Below the pieces are notes generated by a model. The model was not told where the DNA came from and did not search any database. It worked only from the letters and a program-made list of their open reading frames with translations. Made by a program: the position numbers and the translations under genes. Shown one piece after another: positions 15,463-21,122 of a stretch of DNA of 21,122 bases (within the stretch, counting starts at the first letter, position 1; every line of letters starts with the position of its first letter). This DNA comes from Bdellovibrionales bacterium (GTDB lineage Bacteria > Bdellovibrionota > Bdellovibrionia > Bdellovibrionales > JAMPXM01): positions 1 through 21,122 of the forward strand of contig JAYUEN010000072.1 of NCBI GenBank assembly GCA_043739185.1, in the 5' to 3' direction.

Positions 15463-17352
15463 ATGATTTTGTCGCCACGACTTTTTAAAATCTTTTGGAT
15501 CATTTCAATTTGCGCCTTAATTGCGTCTTTTGATTTTATTTACCAACGACTGACACTTATTTTTTCATTTCCACAAGCGCAGATCATGCCCTTCGTGAAG
15601 GCCTATGCAAACCCTGTACTTTATCCTACAGACCCTATGGTCAAAACTCGATTTAGTTATATTTCGCTTTATCCAAGATACTTAGGATATTTATTGAAAT
15701 ATTTTTCTAATTTTGAACTCTTAATTTATGTAAATCAAATTTTTTGGATTTTAATATCTCTTATAATTGTTTTTAAAATTGCCAAACATGTTACCCGAAG
15801 TGAACGTTGTGCAACGGTCTCGTCGGCAATTCTTTTTTTTCAGTGGCCGATGTTTTTCGGTTATCAAGCTCATTTTCGAAGTTTATTGAATCCTTCGCAC
15901 AATATAGTGGGTTTTGCGTTCGGTGTTGCCTCAATCTACGCCTTAATATTGAAGAGGCGCTACTTTGCTTTTGTCATACTTGCAGCTGGTGCTTATTTTC
16001 ATTCGCTCAGCATAGTTCATCTGTTTGTCCTGCTTTTTCTAGTCGAGATTTTTGAGATTTTCTCCCGAAGAGCTTTTTTTAAATTAAATCGATATTTCCC
16101 ACCGGCGCTGTTTTGCATTTTAATTTCACCCTTATTGTTTTTCGAGCTATCAAATAAAAGAACTTATTCAACTGAAGATATGACTACCTTTATAAAGGTG
16201 AACACCCTAGACTCCTTTCCTCTAAGTTGGTCTCCAGCCACTTATTTCAACTTTGGGTGTTTTATACTTTTGGCGCTCTTTTGTATTGGCAGAGTTCAAA
16301 ATAAAATCGATACAAATATAATAAGATGGGGGCGCAATATTATTTTTGCCTCTCTCATTCTGTCATTGGCTGGCCTAGTTGGCGTTGAAGCATTCAGAAA
16401 TCATTTTGCAATCATTTTTCAAGCGACCCGGTGCACCTCGTGGATCGTTTGGATTGGTTCTGCATTTATCGCAAGCCATTTCGTTTTATGCTTTCGTCGC
16501 TCTTGGTTTTTTTATCTTGGCTCAATTTCAATTTTGGTGGGGATCTTTAATCAAGGAGGCTTTTACTTTATTTCTAATCCGTTTTTTCCAATTGCATTGC
16601 TCTTTTTTCAATTGTCCGAAAATAGGCGTTTCTGGACTTGGTCTCGTCCCGACATCATAAAAAGCCTTATCTCGCTCACTTTTATCTCTTATTGGATTTA
16701 TATCGTACTGACGAAGAAATTCGATTTCCCCTTTTTTTTCGATCCTATTTTTCTAAAAATGTCCTACAATTGGGCCATCATACCTATCTTTATTTTTTGG
16801 CTTTCTATTCTTTGGTTAGAGCCGCAAAACCAGCAAACAAAAAAAACCTCAATTTTGGCTTGCTTATCTTTCGGCATTTCAGCGTTTTTGCTCACACTGA
16901 TATTTATCTTTCGGTATGACGTCTATTCTCCTGGCGACAAGGCATGGTTCGAGATTCAACGCCAAGCCAAAGCAGTTAGCCAACCGAATGACGCATTCGT
17001 CACGCCCCCTTGGCAGTATGGTTTTAGAGTTTTATCCGAGCGTATGCCGATTACAGAACGCCTTGACGGAACTCAACAATATTTTTCTCCTGAGTTTGGC
17101 GACCTCTATCGCGAAAGGATGCGCGCTCTTGGTTTTGACCCGAGTCGTTTTTTTCTAGCTCAGGTGGATCATATTTTGGCCTACAATCATTTTTCACATG
17201 CCCAACTCGGTGAGCTGAAACTGAAATTTGGGGCCCAATTTTATATTGTTCAAAAAAAATTCATAAGAGATCCGGCACCCACACAGTTCGATACGGGCGA
17301 TTTGCCTATACTTTTCGAAAACGAGTTTTATCGATTGGTTCGAATACCTTAG
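15463..17352 (+). CDS. Polytopic membrane protein, DUF6798-like, putative GT-C-type transferase
   Basis: 629 aa with many TM helices. N-terminal loop NPVLYPTDPMV, YFHSL, and a soluble C-terminal domain with FVTPP..YGFRVLSER. Confidence 0.6.
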   Translation: MILSPRLFKIFWIISICALIASFDFIYQRLTLIFSFPQAQIMPFVKAYANPVLYPTDPMVKTRFSYISLYPRYLGYLLKYFSNFELLIYVNQIFWILISLIIVFKIAKHVTRSERCATVSSAILFFQWPMFFGYQAHFRSLLNPSHNIVGFAFGVASIYALILKRRYFAFVILAAGAYFHSLSIVHLFVLLFLVEIFEIFSRRAFFKLNRYFPPALFCILISPLLFFELSNKRTYSTEDMTTFIKVNTLDSFPLSWSPATYFNFGCFILLALFCIGRVQNKIDTNIIRWGRNIIFASLILSLAGLVGVEAFRNHFAIIFQATRCTSWIVWIGSAFIASHFVLCFRRSWFFYLGSISILVGIFNQGGFYFISNPFFPIALLFFQLSENRRFWTWSRPDIIKSLISLTFISYWIYIVLTKKFDFPFFFDPIFLKMSYNWAIIPIFIFWLSILWLEPQNQQTKKTSILACLSFGISAFLLTLIFIFRYDVYSPGDKAWFEIQRQAKAVSQPNDAFVTPPWQYGFRVLSERMPITERLDGTQQYFSPEFGDLYRERMRALGFDPSRFFLAQVDHILAYNHFSHAQLGELKLKFGAQFYIVQKKFIRDPAPTQFDTGDLPILFENEFYRLVRIP

Positions 17353-17356
17353 GATT

Positions 17357-17476
17357 TTAGAGCTCTTCGTAGATCAGGACCGATCTCCACCGACCAAAAT
17401 ACAAAAATTCATAGACCCGTAGGATCACCAGAGGTAATCTTAAAAATAAATCTGATTCATTGACAGGATAGCCCAT
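17357..17476 (-). CDS. Candidate 39-aa small protein ending in a DltX-like LIYEEL motif
   Basis: ATG 17476 to TAA 17357 gives MGYPVNESDLFLRLPLVILRVYEFLYFGRWRSVLIYEEL. It fills the intergenic gap almost exactly, but has no RBS and sits head-to-head with the next gene. Confidence 0.2.
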   Translation of the reverse strand: MGYPVNESDLFLRLPLVILRVYEFLYFGRWRSVLIYEEL

Positions 17477-17477
17477 T

Positions 17478-18497
17478 TTGTTCAACAGACAAGATATGAA
17501 ACTTCAATCAGCACTAGGCATTGCTTATTTGGTAAGTGCCATTGCTAGTTTTATTAATGGCTCGCCAATGCCTTCTGGATTCCATAAAATCGATTCATAT
17601 TTGCAGTTTGGTAGCGCGACCCACACTGGCTTAACCTACGGAATGCTTCTTTGCATTCCTGGTTTTCAAAATTGGACGCATGAAAAAATGAGGAGTCAGT
17701 TTTTTAATCTAAAATTTTTGTTAGTTATTTCATTTTTTTTATTTTTGTTAATCAGTTTTTATTTTTTGAATATCTTTAGCGGCCCTAACGATTTTCTTAT
17801 TCCGAAAATGCTTTTAGAAATTTTTTGGGTGTCATATCCGATATACCACGCCATGCGCCAGGTTTACGGTATAGTAGTGATGAACCATCAACAAGAAAGC
17901 ATCTCGCATCAATCAAGATCTAGAGAAAAGAAGGCCTTCGATTTTTTTTCTATTTCAATTGTTTTACAGGCAATACTAGTCGTGCTGTCACGACATACTT
18001 TGATAGAGAAATCCGCTTATAAATCTATGAGCTTGGTTCTGGGCGGTTTTTTTTTCTGTCTTGTTACGGCAATTATAGTGTGTTCGAATCTGAGGTCATG
18101 GAGATCACTATTTTTATTTCGTCTCTTTTTATATCCCCTCGCGTTTCACTCAACTGTCGCAGGCTTAGGAATTATCGCTACTCATGGTTACGAATATTTC
18201 TCTGTCAGTGGAGAAATATTTCGCCGCTCCTCAGTAAAGGTGAAATCAAATTCAAAATCTAAATTTGCTATTTTTGTAGTTTTAATTCTGACGAGTTTAT
18301 TTGCCCTCAGTCCAAGATACGGACTTGTCGGACTTATGAACTTAATGACATTGCCTTTAGCAAACTGGAGACGAGAAATCGAAGTAGCAACGGGGTTTTG
18401 CGCGTTTACCCACTATTATTTAGACAGTATTCTCTTTAAAATGAAGGACCCTTTAAGTCGTACTTTCATAGGCCCCCTCTTAGTTAGTCAAAGTTAA
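17478..18497 (+). CDS. Polytopic membrane protein with four His-containing motifs, function unknown
   Basis: About 8-9 TM helices with THTGLTY, YHAMRQVYG, THGYEY and THYYLDSILFKM. Start is TTG 17478 (AGGA upstream) or ATG 17496. Confidence 0.7.
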   Translation: MFNRQDMKLQSALGIAYLVSAIASFINGSPMPSGFHKIDSYLQFGSATHTGLTYGMLLCIPGFQNWTHEKMRSQFFNLKFLLVISFFLFLLISFYFLNIFSGPNDFLIPKMLLEIFWVSYPIYHAMRQVYGIVVMNHQQESISHQSRSREKKAFDFFSISIVLQAILVVLSRHTLIEKSAYKSMSLVLGGFFFCLVTAIIVCSNLRSWRSLFLFRLFLYPLAFHSTVAGLGIIATHGYEYFSVSGEIFRRSSVKVKSNSKSKFAIFVVLILTSLFALSPRYGLVGLMNLMTLPLANWRREIEVATGFCAFTHYYLDSILFKMKDPLSRTFIGPLLVSQS

Positions 18498-18505
18498 TAT
18501 CTCGT

Positions 18506-20914
18506 TTAATTTTTGAATGCCTTGCTAAACCAGCGAAAGGCAACAATACTTTTTGACAAAATAAAAATGAAAATCGAAATGCCGGAAGCCGCTATGACCC
18601 ATGCCGAAACACCTAATTCTTCAATCAGGAAAGCCCCCAACAGACTCATGACACCTGTAAAAATGGTTTCAAATGCCCACAAGGTTGTTAACGAATTGCC
18701 ATTCGCGCGCTTGTCGATAAATAAAGGTTGCACAAAATAATACGCAAAACCAAAGCTCACAGTACAGATTACCGAGAAAAATAAAATCAAGGTTTTAGAA
18801 AAACTGAATTGAAAAATAAGCGTCGAAATCTTTGGGTCGCTAAACGCAACTAGGCTAGAGCCCAAAAGAAACAAAGAAAAAATAAAAAATACCGCCCTCA
18901 TTTGTGGCCGCATCGACTTTCGAGATACCACAAGTCCCGTAGCGGTGCCCGCCTGCACCGCCACTTGCACAACAAGTAAAGCATAAGTTGGCTCACCAAA
19001 GTAAAGCATTGCCTTGTACATGAACAATAAAAATACTCCTGAGCTCAATGGGGCCCACATCATAAAATTCAAGAACTCATTTGGCATAAGCAAATCACCT
19101 TTTCGAATAGAAAAAATGACCAGTGTAATTAAAAAAATACTCAAACAAACAAATCCCTCAAATGGTCCAAAGTCTAATTCTCTAAATGACTTTTGAATTC
19201 GCTCTGAAAAGCTTATACTGGCAGACGAAAAGACCGATGGGCGATTTCTGTAAGCGAAAGGAAAATCATCCGTGGCCAAAACCGGAAGAATACCTTCGTC
19301 TATCCACAAGTTTTGCGCAAACGACATAAATTGATTGCTATTTATAAGTTTGAGATAAGGTTCAAATTGAGACGTCGCTTTGTCAGGTTGCAATCCAATT
19401 AGGTAATCGTGGGTCAAACGACTACTGACTTGATCGATCTCATTTTGCTGCCAGCCACCATCTTGATAAATTAAAATAAAATCGTCCCACGAACGTTTCC
19501 AGTACGTGGGGGGTGAATGATCAAAGAGAAGAATCGACTCTTTTACTGCCGAAATTTCTGAATTCTCTTCTAACTTCTTTAAAGTCATCAAAATATTTAA
19601 TTTATTTCCACCCATGATGATGATTCGACCCTTCGGAGCCAAATGTCTTAAGGCCGTTTGAATAGCCTCAAAAGTAAATGAATATTGGGTGGCATGTATA
19701 ACAGCCCCAGAAAAATTAATCACATTTGATCCCGACCAGGAATATATAATGTCGTTAAATTTCTCATGGGTGTTTTCTAAAAATCGTCGATTGTCAGAAA
19801 CAATATAATGACTTAGATGCTCTCTATAAAACTCATCGAACTTAGAGCCGTCTACAATCTTGGCAATTTCAGAAATTGCCGGATTAATTTCAACCCCCCA
19901 AGTTTCAACTTTGTCTCCAAAAAAACCTTGTAAAGACTGTAACTCCGCACCTGCACCAGCAAACAAAACCAAAACCTTTTTAGGCTGATTGAGTGTCGCG
20001 ATTCCGACGGTTTCAATTTCAGGATTGTAGACCAATGGATCTGCATAAGAAGTGAAATACGAAATACCTTTACCTTCGCCAATTGTTATTCGTTTTCTAT
20101 GCACACCTCTTCTCTCAACGTCAATTAACTGGACCTTTGCCATACTTTTCCAGCGCGTTTCAATTGGAGTTATTTTCGCGGTCTGATTAAAATCGCGGGC
20201 AACTATGTGAATGTTCCTGTTGATTTCCCATTTTGGTGCCGAAAATATAAAAAGACCTAGAATAACCAATGGTATCACGACGGATACAATTCGTCTCCTT
20301 ATGGTCTTAGCTCGATGAAGTTCAGATAAAATCTGTGCCAAAATATTAAGTGCAACAATCAAAAAAGCCACACATACCCAAGAAACACTTTCTAATATAA
20401 ACATGCAAAGCAGACTGCCCAATATCATTCCCAAAAGTTCAACGGCATATGAAGCTGCGGCAGAAGAACGATTTTCGAATTTGAGTCCCAAGATAAGGCC
20501 AAAAATTAAGAAAGGAGTACTTACGATACTCAAAATCTCTAGAACCGATTTACGTATGATAGGAATTGAAACCTCCTCTAGAATTCCGATAGATTTACCC
20601 GAGGCTGACAAAAGTAAATCCTGATCAATTTTTTTGGCTAAAACTCCGATCAAAAAGAAGACAAGAATGAACGAGGCACTCAAAATATGAAAAGACCAAG
20701 ATTCAAATAACCTCAAAAGACGACTGTTTTTATTTGTAATTGAAACAATCCACAAGCCAAGACCGATTCCCAAAAATGAAGGAATCACCACCCAGGTTTG
20801 CCACATACCCGCAAACAGGTTTGAGAATGTCGGCCCCAAAAAATTTTGGTAGGTAAAAATAGAGATCGAAATCAAAAAAAATAAAATTTGAACTCTCCAG
20901 GATGAAAGGGCCAA
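18506..20914 (-). CDS. Membrane-embedded spermidine synthase-like / class I SAM-dependent transferase (TM-MTase-TM fusion)
   Basis: N- and C-terminal TM bundles (YAVELLGMILG) flank a Rossmann-type domain: VLVLFAGAGAE, GVEINPAI, SDNRRFL, FTFEAI..ALRHLAPKG and LATDDFPF. Confidence 0.8.
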   Translation of the reverse strand: MALSSWRVQILFFLISISIFTYQNFLGPTFSNLFAGMWQTWVVIPSFLGIGLGLWIVSITNKNSRLLRLFESWSFHILSASFILVFFLIGVLAKKIDQDLLLSASGKSIGILEEVSIPIIRKSVLEILSIVSTPFLIFGLILGLKFENRSSAAASYAVELLGMILGSLLCMFILESVSWVCVAFLIVALNILAQILSELHRAKTIRRRIVSVVIPLVILGLFIFSAPKWEINRNIHIVARDFNQTAKITPIETRWKSMAKVQLIDVERRGVHRKRITIGEGKGISYFTSYADPLVYNPEIETVGIATLNQPKKVLVLFAGAGAELQSLQGFFGDKVETWGVEINPAISEIAKIVDGSKFDEFYREHLSHYIVSDNRRFLENTHEKFNDIIYSWSGSNVINFSGAVIHATQYSFTFEAIQTALRHLAPKGRIIIMGGNKLNILMTLKKLEENSEISAVKESILLFDHSPPTYWKRSWDDFILIYQDGGWQQNEIDQVSSRLTHDYLIGLQPDKATSQFEPYLKLINSNQFMSFAQNLWIDEGILPVLATDDFPFAYRNRPSVFSSASISFSERIQKSFRELDFGPFEGFVCLSIFLITLVIFSIRKGDLLMPNEFLNFMMWAPLSSGVFLLFMYKAMLYFGEPTYALLVVQVAVQAGTATGLVVSRKSMRPQMRAVFFIFSLFLLGSSLVAFSDPKISTLIFQFSFSKTLILFFSVICTVSFGFAYYFVQPLFIDKRANGNSLTTLWAFETIFTGVMSLLGAFLIEELGVSAWVIAASGISIFIFILSKSIVAFRWFSKAFKN

Positions 20915-21122
20915 AATACAAAGATGCTGAGACTGTCTTAAAGTTCAAGCTACTATATTGCGTGAAGCATTTCTAGAAATTTGATTGCTGCAAGTCCGAC
21001 CATTGATTGCGCTATGGCATCATAAAGTGACTATAAAATTCTAATCACTAAAAAAACGATCGTGACCTCGTCTACTACCCAGGACCGAGCATTCAAAAGG
21101 TCAAACTATATAGAACTAGTTC

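Noticed and set aside
5381..20881. A/T homopolymer runs of 8-9 nt in several genes as phase-variation tracts
   Set aside because: Expected in AT-rich, Phe/Lys-rich coding sequence, and the frames are intact except at 14996-15003. There are no long G/C tracts.
878..20948. Many 60-108 aa alternative-frame or antisense ORFs in the track (e.g. 3031-3324, 11627-11923, 13424-13750, 16379-16660, 20403-20624)
   Set aside because: They lie within or largely overlap longer genes with clear family motifs and show no recognisable motifs themselves, so they are shadow ORFs.
20969..20980. 12-bp palindrome ATTTCTAGAAAT, and GAACTAGTTC at the window end
   Set aside because: Short AT-rich palindromes with no second copy or known motif. 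The terminal one cannot be evaluated at the window edge.
1..21122. CRISPR arrays, tRNA/rRNA, IS elements, integrases, phage or defence genes
   Set aside because: No periodic repeats, RNA-gene signatures, terminal inverted repeats or relevant protein motifs were seen. Nearly all the sequence is explained by CDSs.

Overview
AT-rich bacterial accessory locus, almost fully coding, that looks dedicated to building and decorating a cell-envelope glycan or lipid. (1) 1-7378 is a Dlt/AlgI-like acyl-transfer module. It has two acyl carrier proteins, two loaders (an FkbH glyceryl-ACP loader and an acyl-adenylate-forming enzyme), one complete MBOAT ending in a DltX-type FIYxxF acyl-shuttle motif, a DltD-like SGNH protein, a cupin and the probable 5' end of a second MBOAT cut by the window edge. 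(2) 7395-17352 is a lipid-linked glycosylation module: two GT-C-like membrane proteins, a DPM1-like GT2, an RGP/STELLO (GT75-like) protein, an NDP-sugar epimerase/dehydratase and a flavoprotein resembling eukaryotic-type UDP-galactopyranose mutase. It is interrupted by a cytochrome P460-family gene with an extra C-terminal domain, and contains two apparent gene remnants (a B12-radical-SAM N-terminal fragment; a membrane-protein gene with a stop and a frameshift). (3) 17478-20914 holds a four-His polytopic membrane protein convergent with a membrane-embedded spermidine-synthase-like SAM-dependent transferase. I saw no rRNA, tRNA, CRISPR or IS element. All family calls come from manual motif recognition, not database searches.
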